Source: Candidatus Woesebacteria bacterium (lineage in GTDB: Bacteria > Patescibacteriota > Microgenomatia > UBA8517). Taken from it: a stretch of DNA of 64,000 nt. The first letter of the stretch is position 1. Every line of letters begins with the position of its first letter. The stretch spans positions 224,815 through 288,814 of the forward strand of contig CP066693.1 of the NCBI GenBank assembly GCA_016432525.1, read 5' to 3'. Under the pieces are notes generated by a model. The model searched no databases, was not told the DNA's origin, and was given only the letters and a program-made list of their open reading frames with translations. A program made the position numbers and the translations under genes. Positions 54,502-64,000 of the stretch are shown here, piece after piece.

Positions 54502-54768
54502 ATGGCATTAACATCAGAAGAAAAAATAAAAGTAATTAAAAAATTTGCTCGAGAAAAGGGCGACACTGGCTCTCCAGAAGTTCAGATTGCTCTCCTTTCA
54601 TCATCAATTGAGAAATTAGTTAAGCACTTAGAAGAACATGGAAAAGATGTCCATTCTCGAAGAGGGCTTCTAAGCATGGTAGCAAAAAGGCGAAGGCTTT
54701 TATCCTACCTTCAAAAACGAGATAAAACTCGTTTTGAAAACCTCAAAAAAACACTTAATTTAAAATAA
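54502..54768 (+). CDS. rpsO: 30S ribosomal protein S15
   Basis: MALTSEEKIKVIKKFAREKGDTGSPEVQIALL...HSRRGLL..V.KRRRLL.YL. The ORF track starts at an upstream TTG at 54481. Confidence 0.9.
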   Translation: MALTSEEKIKVIKKFAREKGDTGSPEVQIALLSSSIEKLVKHLEEHGKDVHSRRGLLSMVAKRRRLLSYLQKRDKTRFENLKKTLNLK

Positions 54769-57063
54769 ATGCAAAAAGATAAAATAGTAGAAGTAGAAAT
54801 CGGCGGTAAAAAGCTAATCCTCAAAACAGGTAAATTAGCTGGTCAAGCATCTGGCGCAGTTTTGGCCCAGTTAGGTGATACAGTAGTTTTATCAGCAGTT
54901 GTAGCATCTCCTTTAAAAATAGATTTGGGTTACTTTCCATTAACAGTTGAATACCAGGAGCGTCTTTATGCAGGTGGAAGAATTAAAGGTAGCCGCTGGG
55001 TTAAAAGAGAAGGTAGAGCAACAGACGAAGAAATTTTATCTGCTCGTCTGATTGATCGCTCAATTCGTCCTCTTTTTCCTTCAGAATATAAAAAAGAAGT
55101 CCAGGTAATTGTCACAGTTTTATCAGTTGATTTAGAAAACGACCCAACTGTTTTAGGTTCAATTGCGACATCGGCTAGCTTAGCCATCTCAAATATTCCC
55201 TGGCTTGGCCCTATCGGTACTTTGAAAGTTGGTCTTAAAAGCGGTAACTTTTTAATTAATCCCATTTCTTCTGAGCTTAAAGACTCTGAAATGGATCTAG
55301 TTGTTTCTTCAACAAAAGATGCGGTTGTAATGATTGAGGGAGGTATAAAAGAAGTTCCAGAAGAAAAAGTAGGAGAAGCAATAACTCTTGCCAAAAACGA
55401 AAACGACAAAATAGTTGATGCAATTGAAAAACTCGTAAAAGAAATAGGTAAAGATAAAGAACCTCTTCCAAAAACAGAATCAAATACTGAATTACTTAAA
55501 AAAGTTCAAAAATTGCTGCCCGACAAAAAACTAAAAGAAATTGTCTCAGATCTCGCAGTTCACGAAGGTGGAGATTCTTACACAAATGAATTAAAAAAGG
55601 CAATTATAGATGAACTTCCAGAGGAAGACCCAGTTAAAATTTCTGAAATTTTTGAAAATCTTTTACACAAAAAAACAAGAGAAATCATTCTAAATGGTGA
55701 TCGCCCAGATGGAAGAAAACCAAGAGAAATTAGAAAAATTTCAGCAGAAGTGTCAGTTCTTCCTAGAACCCATGGTTCAGGTCTCTTCCAAAGAGGTCAA
55801 ACACAAGTTTTAACAATTGCAACTTTAGGTCCTCGCTCTCTAGGTCAATTAATTGAAACAGCAGAAGGTGAAGAAGAAAAAAACTATATCCATCACTATT
55901 CAATGCCTCCATTTGCAACCGGAGAAGCAGGTCGTTTCACAGGTCCATCAAGACGCGAAATTGGTCACGGAGCATTGGCCGAAAGAGCTCTTCTTGCTGT
56001 TATCCCAGATGAAACAACATTTCCTTATGCAATTCGAGTTGTTTCAGAAGTTATGAGCTCCAATGGCTCAACCTCAATGGGTAGTACTTGTGGTTCAACT
56101 CTTGCTCTTATGGATGCAGGAGTCCCCATAAAAGCTCCAGTTTCAGGAATCGCAATGGGAGTTGTTGTTGAAAATAGCAAAAAATACGCAATTCTTTCAG
56201 ATATAGTAGGATTCGAAGATCATCACGGAGATATGGATTTCAAAGTTGCAGGAACTGAAAAAGGAATCACTGCTCTTCAATTAGATGTTAAAAGCTTGCT
56301 TCTTACGGATAAAATTTTATCCGAAGCTCTTATTCAAGCAAAAGATGCCCGCCTCGAAATTCTTAATGTAATGCTTAAGGCAATAGACAAGCCAAACAAA
56401 AATGTCTCAGCTTTCGCACCAAAAATTGAAATATTAACTATTCCTGTTGAGATGATCGGTGAGTTTATTGGTCCATCAGGCAAAAACATTAAAAAACTAA
56501 TTGCTGAAACTGGCACTCAAATCGAAGTAGAAGATAGCGGTAAAGTTTACGTTTCCTCAACTAACGAGACATCAGTTACCAAAGCCGCAGAATACATCAA
56601 AAACATGACCAAAATACCTCAATCAGGTGAAATTTATCAAGGAGAAGTCAAAAAAGTTTTAGATTTTGGAGCTTTTGTTGAAATCCTACCAGGAAAAGAA
56701 GGAATGGTTCATGTATCTGACATGGCTGAAGGCTATGTCGAAAACGCAAATGATGTAGTCAAAGAAGGAGATAGAGTCCAAGTTCGTGTAAAAGAAATTG
56801 ATAAGATGGGGCGACTAAATTTATCAATGAGGATGGACCCTTCAACCGACAAGGAAAGAACTCCAAGAGAAAGAAATGGAAGAGGTAACTTTGGTGGCAG
56901 AGGTGGAGGATTCGGCGGCAGAAGAAACGGAGGAGATAGAGGAAGGTCAGATAGAGGTGGAGATAGATCCTCGCAGAATAGAAGAAGTGGTCCACATTTT
57001 CCAACCAGTCGTTTTGTAAAAGATAATCCTCGCAGTGGTGGCTCAAAACGTTTTGGAAGATAA
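54769..57063 (+). CDS. pnp: Polynucleotide phosphorylase (PNPase) with Arg/Gly-rich C-terminal extension
   Basis: 764 aa. Two RNase PH domains, KH and S1 domains, then an ~70-aa tail rich in RGG/RG repeats. The start abuts the rpsO stop (TAAATG). Confidence 0.9.
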   Translation: MQKDKIVEVEIGGKKLILKTGKLAGQASGAVLAQLGDTVVLSAVVASPLKIDLGYFPLTVEYQERLYAGGRIKGSRWVKREGRATDEEILSARLIDRSIRPLFPSEYKKEVQVIVTVLSVDLENDPTVLGSIATSASLAISNIPWLGPIGTLKVGLKSGNFLINPISSELKDSEMDLVVSSTKDAVVMIEGGIKEVPEEKVGEAITLAKNENDKIVDAIEKLVKEIGKDKEPLPKTESNTELLKKVQKLLPDKKLKEIVSDLAVHEGGDSYTNELKKAIIDELPEEDPVKISEIFENLLHKKTREIILNGDRPDGRKPREIRKISAEVSVLPRTHGSGLFQRGQTQVLTIATLGPRSLGQLIETAEGEEEKNYIHHYSMPPFATGEAGRFTGPSRREIGHGALAERALLAVIPDETTFPYAIRVVSEVMSSNGSTSMGSTCGSTLALMDAGVPIKAPVSGIAMGVVVENSKKYAILSDIVGFEDHHGDMDFKVAGTEKGITALQLDVKSLLLTDKILSEALIQAKDARLEILNVMLKAIDKPNKNVSAFAPKIEILTIPVEMIGEFIGPSGKNIKKLIAETGTQIEVEDSGKVYVSSTNETSVTKAAEYIKNMTKIPQSGEIYQGEVKKVLDFGAFVEILPGKEGMVHVSDMAEGYVENANDVVKEGDRVQVRVKEIDKMGRLNLSMRMDPSTDKERTPRERNGRGNFGGRGGGFGGRRNGGDRGRSDRGGDRSSQNRRSGPHFPTSRFVKDNPRSGGSKRFGR

Positions 57064-57089
57064 ACTCTCTCCGTGGTATATTATTCGTA

Positions 57090-58130
57090 ATGGACAATGC
57101 TCAAAACCAGCTCTCAGAATTAGTTGAAAAAATAAAGTCAGCTCAAATTCCAGACGATTTAAGAACTCAAGTAAATATTCGCTTAGATCAACTTGCAAAA
57201 TTAACTCAGTCACAAGCCTTTTTGCCAGAATATGATCGTTTGAGCAGATATATTGACTGGATTGCAAATCTCCCTTGGTTTAAGTTAACTCAAGATAATT
57301 TAGATTTAGATCATGCCAGAAAAGTTCTAGAATCTCACCACTTTGGTTTAGTAGATATTAAAGAACGTATTCTTGAATATATTTCAGTTCTTAAATTAAA
57401 AGGTCAAGAAAAAGAACAAATTGGTCGTGCTCCAATTCTTTGTTTTGTAGGATTAGTTGGAACTGGAAAAACAACAATCGCTTATTCGATCGCAGAAGCT
57501 TTAGGTCGCCAAATTGCTCGTATTCCATTTGGAGGTATGGGAGATCCACTAGATTTAAGAGGTCAAAGTAGAATGCATCCAGAAGCAGAACCTGGAAAAA
57601 TTATAAAAGCACTTCGAGTAGTTCAAAGCAAAAATCCAGTTATACTTTTAGATGAAATTGATCGTGTTACAGAACAAGGCAGATCTTCAATCATGGGAGT
57701 CCTAGTTGAACTTTTGGATCCAACTCAAAATAAAGCTTTTGTTGACCATTACATTGATTATCCTTTTGATTTATCACAGGCTCTTTTCATAGCAACAGCC
57801 AATAACACAATAAATATTGCAACAGCAGTCATGGATCGTATAGAGCCTCTAGCTCTCCCCAGCTACACCGATGAAGAAAAAATAACAATTGCAAAAACAT
57901 ATACTCTTCCAAGAGTTTTAAAAGAAGCAGGAATAAAACCAGATGCAATAGTAATTGATGACGATGTCTGGAAAGCAGTAGTTCGTCCTTTTGGTTTTGA
58001 TGCTGGAATTAGAACTTTAGAAAGAACAATAGAAGGATTAGTTAGAAAAGTTGCCAAAATGGTTGTTGAAGGTCAAGGCGCTCAATTTCATATAACCAAA
58101 GATAACGTCAAACAATTTTTGCCCCAGTAA
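57090..58130 (+). CDS. Lon-like AAA+ ATPase module without LAN N-domain or S16 protease domain
   Basis: 346 aa. YIDWIANLPW...LDHARKVLESHHFGL..IKERILEY matches the Lon pre-ATPase linker. GLVGTGKTT is Walker A, LLDEID is Walker B, and sensor regions are present. The ORF ends straight after the ATPase alpha-subdomain. Confidence 0.7.
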   Translation: MDNAQNQLSELVEKIKSAQIPDDLRTQVNIRLDQLAKLTQSQAFLPEYDRLSRYIDWIANLPWFKLTQDNLDLDHARKVLESHHFGLVDIKERILEYISVLKLKGQEKEQIGRAPILCFVGLVGTGKTTIAYSIAEALGRQIARIPFGGMGDPLDLRGQSRMHPEAEPGKIIKALRVVQSKNPVILLDEIDRVTEQGRSSIMGVLVELLDPTQNKAFVDHYIDYPFDLSQALFIATANNTINIATAVMDRIEPLALPSYTDEEKITIAKTYTLPRVLKEAGIKPDAIVIDDDVWKAVVRPFGFDAGIRTLERTIEGLVRKVAKMVVEGQGAQFHITKDNVKQFLPQ

Positions 58131-58189
58131 ACCTCAAAAGAGTATAATACCCATAATGTTCAGTTCTTTAACAAAACAATAAAGTAAAG

Positions 58190-59392
58190 GTGTGTCTCCC
58201 AAAGGAGGAAGTCATGAAGATCGTAGTCTATTTAATTGTGTTTGTCTTGGTTATGTCGATCATTACCAATAACCAAACCAAAACAGAAGCAAAAGAGGAG
58301 CCAAGTGTTCAAAACCTACAATGGTCACCTGATGGAAAACAGGTCGTGTTTGTTGAGGATTTAGATAAAGGCAATCAGGCTATCATGATAGCCAACTCAG
58401 ACGGTACTAATATTTGGCAATTAACTTTCGTAAATGCTGCAACCATCATAGATTGTGTCCTTTGGTCATATGATTCGAAATATCTACTAGTTGGTACAAG
58501 TGGTGGAAGTGGTATTGATCTTAAACTTTTCGAGTTAAGTTCAAAAAAAACAAAAGACATAGAAGCACTTCTTAAACCGTTAAAAATGAGTTTTGCTTCT
58601 TGGTCAACTCCTTCGTGGTCTCCTGACTCCAAACAGATCACATTTGGAGGCAGAGTTAAAGACGGAGAGGTACACCTTCTAATTTTAGATATAAATTCAG
58701 ATAATCTAAGAGATCTAACAAATGAATTCAATCTGCCGCTTGATTTAGAAGAAATAAACCCAGATTGGTCAAAAGATGGAAAACAGTTACTTTTCATTTT
58801 ATCACACTACTCTCATATAGATTATGCGACACACGCTCGTTTGTATTTAGCCAACATTGACGGGTCAGGCTTAAAAGCTATTTGGCCAGCAGATGGAGAA
58901 TCTAACCATTCTATTTCTTATGCTAAATGGTCGCCTGATAACAAGTTGATACTCATTCAAGGAAGTCACGAAGAGACCGAAAATAAAATCATTCCTCCAG
59001 GGATGCCTGATGTTTTCATTCTCGATGTGGAAACATTAAAACTAAAAACCATTAAGCCAGATTCAAAACCTTGGCCTAAATTAAATGCCACTTGGTCTCC
59101 AGATGGAACCAAAATTGCGTTTATGGATCTAATTCCCTATCCGGTTAATTATGGAGTGGATACTGATTTCTTTATTTATGTTTTAGCTATTCACGACGAC
59201 AATTTTTCTTTCGAAGAAGCAATACAAATCGCTTCACCTGTTAACTCAAACCACTATGCATGGTCACCTGACGGAAAACAAATAACATACGACTTAGGAA
59301 TTTCAGGGGGAGATAACACTCATTTTTCAATCTATGTCGTAAATGTAGATGGATCATATACTCACACTTTCCACTTCGACTGGAAGGATTAA
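58190..59392 (+). CDS. PD40/TolB-like beta-propeller repeat protein, secreted
   Basis: 400 aa. N-terminal anchor and at least five WSPDGK(Q/L) PD40 repeats. Confidence 0.7.
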   Translation: MCLPKEEVMKIVVYLIVFVLVMSIITNNQTKTEAKEEPSVQNLQWSPDGKQVVFVEDLDKGNQAIMIANSDGTNIWQLTFVNAATIIDCVLWSYDSKYLLVGTSGGSGIDLKLFELSSKKTKDIEALLKPLKMSFASWSTPSWSPDSKQITFGGRVKDGEVHLLILDINSDNLRDLTNEFNLPLDLEEINPDWSKDGKQLLFILSHYSHIDYATHARLYLANIDGSGLKAIWPADGESNHSISYAKWSPDNKLILIQGSHEETENKIIPPGMPDVFILDVETLKLKTIKPDSKPWPKLNATWSPDGTKIAFMDLIPYPVNYGVDTDFFIYVLAIHDDNFSFEEAIQIASPVNSNHYAWSPDGKQITYDLGISGGDNTHFSIYVVNVDGSYTHTFHFDWKD

Positions 59393-59473
59393 CACTTTAT
59401 TGTTTTAACCAAAGCTTGGGTAAGAACTAACCTCAAAAAGGAATTTACCCAAGCATTCATTTATAATTACACT

Positions 59474-60040
59474 ATGACCAAACAAGAAGCCCTCAGGCTT
59501 CTCAAAATAATAATTCAAAAAGACAAATCACTTCCCTTACGTGATCAAGCAACACAACTAGTTTTTGGAGTGGGAGCGCCTTCTGCCAAAATTTTCTTTC
59601 TAGGTGAAGCTCCTGGCTTTTATGAAGATCAAAAAGGAGAACCTTTTGTAGGAGCTGCAGGAAAACTTCTTAACCAAAATCTTGAAAGAATTGGAATCAA
59701 AAGAAAAGATGTTTTTATTTCAAATATCGTTCTTTTCAGGCCTCCAGCAAATCGTGACCCAGAAGAAAAAGAAATCAAAAGCTTTGAAAAATATATAGAT
59801 AAAATGATTGCCGTAGTCTCTCCCAAAATTATTGTTACCTTGGGAAGATTTAGCATGGCCAAATTCTTAAAAAATGTTAAAATATCCTCTGTTCACGGAA
59901 AAATTTATAAACTACAATTAAAGAACAAGGATATAATAGTGCTACCAATGTTTCATCCAGCTGCAGCCTTAAGAAATCCTCAATTTATGGATAGTTTCCA
60001 AAAAGATTTTTTAAAACTAAAAGAATATGTCAAAGCTTAA
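59474..60040 (+). CDS. Uracil-DNA glycosylase, family 4
   Basis: 188 aa. GEAPGFYEDQKGEPFVGAAGKLL is the family-4 GE(A)PG motif, with HPAA C-terminal motif B. Confidence 0.8.
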   Translation: MTKQEALRLLKIIIQKDKSLPLRDQATQLVFGVGAPSAKIFFLGEAPGFYEDQKGEPFVGAAGKLLNQNLERIGIKRKDVFISNIVLFRPPANRDPEEKEIKSFEKYIDKMIAVVSPKIIVTLGRFSMAKFLKNVKISSVHGKIYKLQLKNKDIIVLPMFHPAAALRNPQFMDSFQKDFLKLKEYVKA

Positions 60041-61682
60041 ATTTATTGCGATATCGGGTACAACTGGAGTTACTGAAAATTGCTATGTTTATGAGTATGG
60101 CAACGACATAATTGTTGTTGATTGTGGCGTTGGTTTCCCGGAGCCTGAAATGTATGGCGTTGACCTTGTTATTCCAGATTTTACATATATTAAGGAAAAC
60201 AAACACAAACTCAAAGGAATTTTAATCTCTCACGGCCACGAAGATCACTTAGGAGCTCTTCCTTTTTTACTTCGTGATGTAAAGTCAGATATCTACGCAA
60301 CTCGTTTAGTTGCAGGTTTCATTAAAGAAAAGTTTGATGATCAAAAAGTCCCTCTTCCCAAACTTCATGTTTTTGATCCAGAAAAAGACTCTTTAACTCT
60401 TGGAGTTTTTAGGGTAACTCCGTTTAGAGTTTCTCACTCAGTTCCAGATGGGGTTGGCTTTTGCATTGATACTCCAGAAGGAAAAATTTTCCATGTTCCA
60501 GATTATAAATTTGATTGGACTCCAGTTGATGGAAAACCATTTGATGTTGCAAAAGCATCAAGTTTAGCATCAGATGGAGTTTTAGCTCTCGCTTCAGATG
60601 CTCTAGGCTCAACAGCTGCAGGTTACACTGAATCAGAAAAAGGAATTGAAGATCATATAAATGCAATTGCAGAAAAAGCAAAAAGCAAAATCCTTTTTAC
60701 GACTATCTCAAGTAACATCTCAAGAGTAAAACAAGCCCTGAATGTGGCAACTCGTCTCAAAAGAAAAGTTTGCTTTATTGGTCGCTCGATTGACAGAAAA
60801 TCCAAAATTGCAGAAAGCCTAGGTTATCTTAAGTATCCCCACAATTTAGTAATAAATAAAAAACAGGCTTTAAAGCTTCCCGATAACCAAATAATGTTTA
60901 TTATTTCAGGTTCCTACGGTCAGCCTGGAAGCGCCTTGTATAGGGTAGCAACAGGCGAGCACGAATGGCTTAAATTGGAAGAAGAAGATGTTGTCATTTT
61001 TTCCGCTGATCCAGCTCCTCCTGGATCCAAAACCAATGTCGATTTTGTTGTCGATAAATTAATCGAAAGCGGGATTGATGTTCACTATTATGACATTCAG
61101 GAAAACCTTCATGTCTCAGGTCATGGATGTCAAGGAGATATTAAAATGCTTGTAAGCATTATAAAGCCCAGATATCTTATTCCAATTGGAGGTTCAATTC
61201 GCCACATGCATGCCTATAAAAAACTTATCATTGAAATGGGGCTTAATGGCCAAAACGTTTTTGAGCTCGGATCAGGCGAAATTGTTGAATTTGAAAAAGG
61301 CTTTGCTCGTAAATCAAAAGAAAAAGTAAATGTTAAAGATGTACTAGTTGACGGGCTAGGTGTTGGTGATGTTGGAAACGTTGTTTTAAGAGATAGACAA
61401 GTCCTAGCCAAAGATGGAATAGCTATAGCTTTAATTCAAATCGACCGGACTAATAACAAGTTATTGGCAGATCCAGAAATAATAAGCCGTGGCTTTGTCT
61501 TTGAAGGCAAAAGTGCAAAGTTTATGAATGAAACTGCCAAAAAATTAAAAATTTTTCTTGAAAGTAAACAACATCTTGATAAACATTTGGCCAAGGATCA
61601 TACGATTGATTTCTTAGAAAAATTTTTCTATCACAAACTCGAACGCCGCCCCATGATCCTTCCAGTTATTGTAGAGGTTTAA
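60027..61682 (+). CDS. rnj: Ribonuclease J (metallo-beta-lactamase/beta-CASP)
   Basis: 551 aa. ISHGHEDHLGALP, the beta-CASP region, and a C-terminal domain. Overlaps the UDG stop by 14 nt. Confidence 0.85.
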   Translation: MSKLKFIAISGTTGVTENCYVYEYGNDIIVVDCGVGFPEPEMYGVDLVIPDFTYIKENKHKLKGILISHGHEDHLGALPFLLRDVKSDIYATRLVAGFIKEKFDDQKVPLPKLHVFDPEKDSLTLGVFRVTPFRVSHSVPDGVGFCIDTPEGKIFHVPDYKFDWTPVDGKPFDVAKASSLASDGVLALASDALGSTAAGYTESEKGIEDHINAIAEKAKSKILFTTISSNISRVKQALNVATRLKRKVCFIGRSIDRKSKIAESLGYLKYPHNLVINKKQALKLPDNQIMFIISGSYGQPGSALYRVATGEHEWLKLEEEDVVIFSADPAPPGSKTNVDFVVDKLIESGIDVHYYDIQENLHVSGHGCQGDIKMLVSIIKPRYLIPIGGSIRHMHAYKKLIIEMGLNGQNVFELGSGEIVEFEKGFARKSKEKVNVKDVLVDGLGVGDVGNVVLRDRQVLAKDGIAIALIQIDRTNNKLLADPEIISRGFVFEGKSAKFMNETAKKLKIFLESKQHLDKHLAKDHTIDFLEKFFYHKLERRPMILPVIVEV

Positions 61683-61976
61683 TTATGGAAAAATATCCTC
61701 CTAATCACCACTCCTCAATGACCTTGAAAGAAGCAATTGAATTAGGAGAATATAATCCTCAATTTCAAACGATAAGGGAGCTCTTGAAAATAGAAGACAC
61801 CATCTTTTGGTTCAATGGGCAGAAATAAACAACATGTTTGATTTTAGTAAAAAACCAGACCTACAGGAAGCTTTAAAAAATATTGAAAAAGATAGGAAAA
61901 AAATCTATTTTGAATTCTCCAAGGTCGCATAACTTCTCCTAGCCTCTTTTAATGATACTGCTATAATGAATCTACA

Positions 61977-64000
61977 ATGGGTAAAAAGAAAAAAAAGAAT
62001 CGAGCAAAGAATAAAAAAGCTTTTAGATTAAAGTTAAAGCCACATACAGTTCATTCTGTTGCTCAACTTACTTTCTTCGCCATGGCTGCTCTCATTTCCA
62101 TTTCTTTCGCAAGACGTGGTCTAATTCTAATCGGAATAAATGATTTTCTTTTTGATTTCTTTGGCTGGGCAACAATTTTTTTACCATTTATATTTTTATC
62201 TTTCGGTTTTTACGTTTCAAAATTCAAAAACCCACTAAGTCAGCCAAACGTTGTTTTAGGAGGTCTAATTTTTTCAATTTCAATGACAGCTCTCACAAAA
62301 TCAGGCAAAATTGGACTTCAAATTTCTGACTTTTTCATAACTTTATTAACCTCAACCGGAGCAACAGTTCTTTTTTTAGCAATGTTATTTATCGGTATTG
62401 TTATTCTTTTCAATACTTCCGTAGATCAACTCATGAAATCTTTTGTTTCGCTTCTCAAATACACTAAAAAATTTCTAGTCGCAGAAAAAGAAACAGGTTT
62501 AGGCAAAAATATAAAACTAGACAGAAAAGAATTAAAAGTGATAGGAGGGAATTCCAATTTTAAGATAAATTCTCCTCCAAAGCTCGATGCGAACAAAAAG
62601 CCAGTTGAAGAAAAACTAGAAGCAAAGCTCGTAAGTAATATGCCCGGTGAAGAACAGGTTTGGAAATACCCTCCAGTGAATCTTTTGGTAAGTGAAGAAA
62701 CTCACAAAGCCGATCGTGGAGACATTAAAGGGAATGCAGCAGTTATAGAGCAAACCCTCGAATCATTTGGAATAACAGCACGAGTTGTCGAAGTAAACAT
62801 GGGCCCAGCAGTTACTCGCTACGCTCTAGAAGTAGCCCTTGGCACTAAGCTCTCAAAAATTACAGCTCTCGAGCGAGATCTTGCTCTTGCCCTTGCAGCT
62901 CCAGGCGGCTCAATCCGTGTAGAAGCCCCAATTCCTGGAAGATCTTTAGTTGGAATTGAGCTTCCAAATAAGAGCCCAGAATTTGTTCCATTAAGAAAAA
63001 TGATGAGCTCGGATATAATGAGAGAATCCACTTCCAAGTTAACTGTAGCCTTGGGTCTTGATGTTGCAGGTGAGCCAGTTGTTGCAAATATTTCTCGTAT
63101 GCCTCATGTTTTAATAGCTGGCCAAACAGGATCAGGAAAATCAGTCTGTATCAATACTTTTCTAGCCTCACTTCTCTTTCGCGCCTCACCTCAAGAAGTA
63201 AAACTTATTCTAGTTGATCCTAAAAGAGTAGAGCTTACAGGCTATAACGATATTCCTCATCTTTTAACTCCAGTAATAGTTGAACCCGAAAAAGTAATCT
63301 CTGCTCTTCGTTGGGTCCTCTCAGAAATGGAAAGGCGCTACAAGCTCTTCCAGCAAGCAGGAGTAAGAAATCTTGAAAGTTACAATGAAATGTCAGGATT
63401 TCAAGCTCTTCCTTATATTGTTGTAGTTATAGATGAACTTGCAGATATTATGCTTTTCTCTCCAGTCGAAGTTGAGGATTCAATTACTCGAATAGCTCAA
63501 ATGAGCCGCGCCACAGGCATACACATGGTTCTTGCAACCCAAAGACCATCCGTTGATGTTATAACAGGTCTTATTAAAGCAAACATTCCAGCTCGTATTG
63601 CATTTGCAGTAAGCTCTCAAGTTGATTCTCGCGTTATTTTGGATGGCAAAGGAGCTGAAAAATTATTAGGCCGTGGAGATATGCTTTATTTAACTCCAGA
63701 ACAGGCAAAGCCAATGCGTATTCAAGGCGCTTTTATTTCAGATAAAGAAATTTCATCTCTAGTCTCATTCATTAAAAACCAGGGCATTGCTCCTCAATAC
63801 ACCGAAGAGGTAACTGCAATGTCCCGACCAGGAGCTGTTAAAATTGCAGGAATTGAAGGGGACACAGACGATCTTTTCAAAGAAGCAGTAAAAGTAGTGG
63901 TTCAATACGATAAGGCATCAGCATCTCTTTTACAAAGGCGTCTTTCAATAGGTTACGCGCGGGCAGCACGAATAATTGATCAACTAGAAGCAGCCGGCGT
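61977..64000 (+). CDS. ftsK: DNA translocase FtsK/SpoIIIE (5'-partial in window; continues beyond the end)
   Basis: N-terminal TM helices, a linker, then the motor: LIAGQTGSGKSV is Walker A, VVVIDELAD is Walker B, and LATQRPS, through the start of the gamma-domain (ASASLLQRRLSIGYARAARIIDQLE). There is no in-window stop, which is why the ORF track omits it. Confidence 0.85.
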   Translation, partial: MGKKKKKNRAKNKKAFRLKLKPHTVHSVAQLTFFAMAALISISFARRGLILIGINDFLFDFFGWATIFLPFIFLSFGFYVSKFKNPLSQPNVVLGGLIFSISMTALTKSGKIGLQISDFFITLLTSTGATVLFLAMLFIGIVILFNTSVDQLMKSFVSLLKYTKKFLVAEKETGLGKNIKLDRKELKVIGGNSNFKINSPPKLDANKKPVEEKLEAKLVSNMPGEEQVWKYPPVNLLVSEETHKADRGDIKGNAAVIEQTLESFGITARVVEVNMGPAVTRYALEVALGTKLSKITALERDLALALAAPGGSIRVEAPIPGRSLVGIELPNKSPEFVPLRKMMSSDIMRESTSKLTVALGLDVAGEPVVANISRMPHVLIAGQTGSGKSVCINTFLASLLFRASPQEVKLILVDPKRVELTGYNDIPHLLTPVIVEPEKVISALRWVLSEMERRYKLFQQAGVRNLESYNEMSGFQALPYIVVVIDELADIMLFSPVEVEDSITRIAQMSRATGIHMVLATQRPSVDVITGLIKANIPARIAFAVSSQVDSRVILDGKGAEKLLGRGDMLYLTPEQAKPMRIQGAFISDKEISSLVSFIKNQGIAPQYTEEVTAMSRPGAVKIAGIEGDTDDLFKEAVKVVVQYDKASASLLQRRLSIGYARAARIIDQLEAAG

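Noticed and set aside
54766-54771. Expected RNase III-processed hairpin between rpsO and pnp (as in E. coli)
   Set aside because: rpsO stop and pnp start are directly adjacent (TAAATG). No intergenic spacer exists to hold such a hairpin, so the E. coli-type autoregulatory structure is not present at this position.
1-64000. CRISPR arrays, restriction-modification, toxin-antitoxin pairs, integrases or prophage remnants
   Set aside because: None found. No arrays of regularly spaced direct repeats, no recombinase or integrase, and no Cas-like proteins apart from the Cas4-like nuclease domain fused to UvrD, which is an AddB-type repair architecture.

Overview
This is an AT-rich window (roughly one-third GC by eye) with short, tightly packed and often overlapping genes. 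The gene content looks like a reduced-genome Patescibacteria/CPR-type bacterium; that attribution is inference. Nothing here resembles CRISPR, a restriction system, an integrase or another recognisable defence system. The window contains:
- **1-7078, minus strand:** one long translationally coupled operon for sugar-nucleotide and glycan modification. It has a PseB/CapD-type 4,6-dehydratase that runs off the window edge, an RmlD-like reductase, a SAM methyltransferase plus a truncated duplicate of it, and five glycosyltransferases. Two [unknown protein + GT-A] gene pairs in it are paralogous.
- **7.9-9.0 kb:** an IS200-like HUH domain protein fused to a transmembrane segment and a C-terminal SH3b domain.
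- **9.1-14.2 kb:** yraN, dprA, galU, an FNR-like oxidoreductase, tRNA-Cys(GCA), and hsp20 with an upstream CIRCE site.
- **14.1-20.8 kb:** an envelope glycan cluster of a UbiA-family prenyltransferase, a WecA/MraY-family transferase, two GT-C ArnT/PMT-like membrane proteins and a membrane GT2. It is followed by metG.
- **23.4-24.0 kb:** a secreted protein built from two internal repeats.
- **24.4-33.4 kb:** rmuC adjacent to a UvrD-helicase/Cas4-like nuclease fusion, a GC-rich intergenic candidate small RNA with a consensus promoter, two tandem FemAB-family genes, a second UvrD/PcrA helicase, and an LCP protein.
- **34.5-40.2 kb:** a large PMT-like GT-C protein next to a pilN-pilO operon. That operon carries three Pro/Thr-rich envelope proteins, two of which end in an LPxAG plus hydrophobic tail sorting-signal-like C-terminus.
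- **40.2-64.0 kb:** housekeeping genes. These are rpsT, murJ, a pterin dehydratase, CIRCE-hrcA-grpE-dnaK, a DnaJ-family protein, nusA-infB, rpsO-pnp, a Lon-like AAA+ ATPase lacking the protease domain, a PD40 beta-propeller protein, a family-4 UDG, RNase J and the 5' part of ftsK.
The strongest candidates for something not previously described are the pilNO-linked LPxAG surface-protein operon, the polyprenyl-phosphate-sugar/GT-C envelope glycan cluster, the structured intergenic RNA candidate, and the HUH-SH3b fusion.
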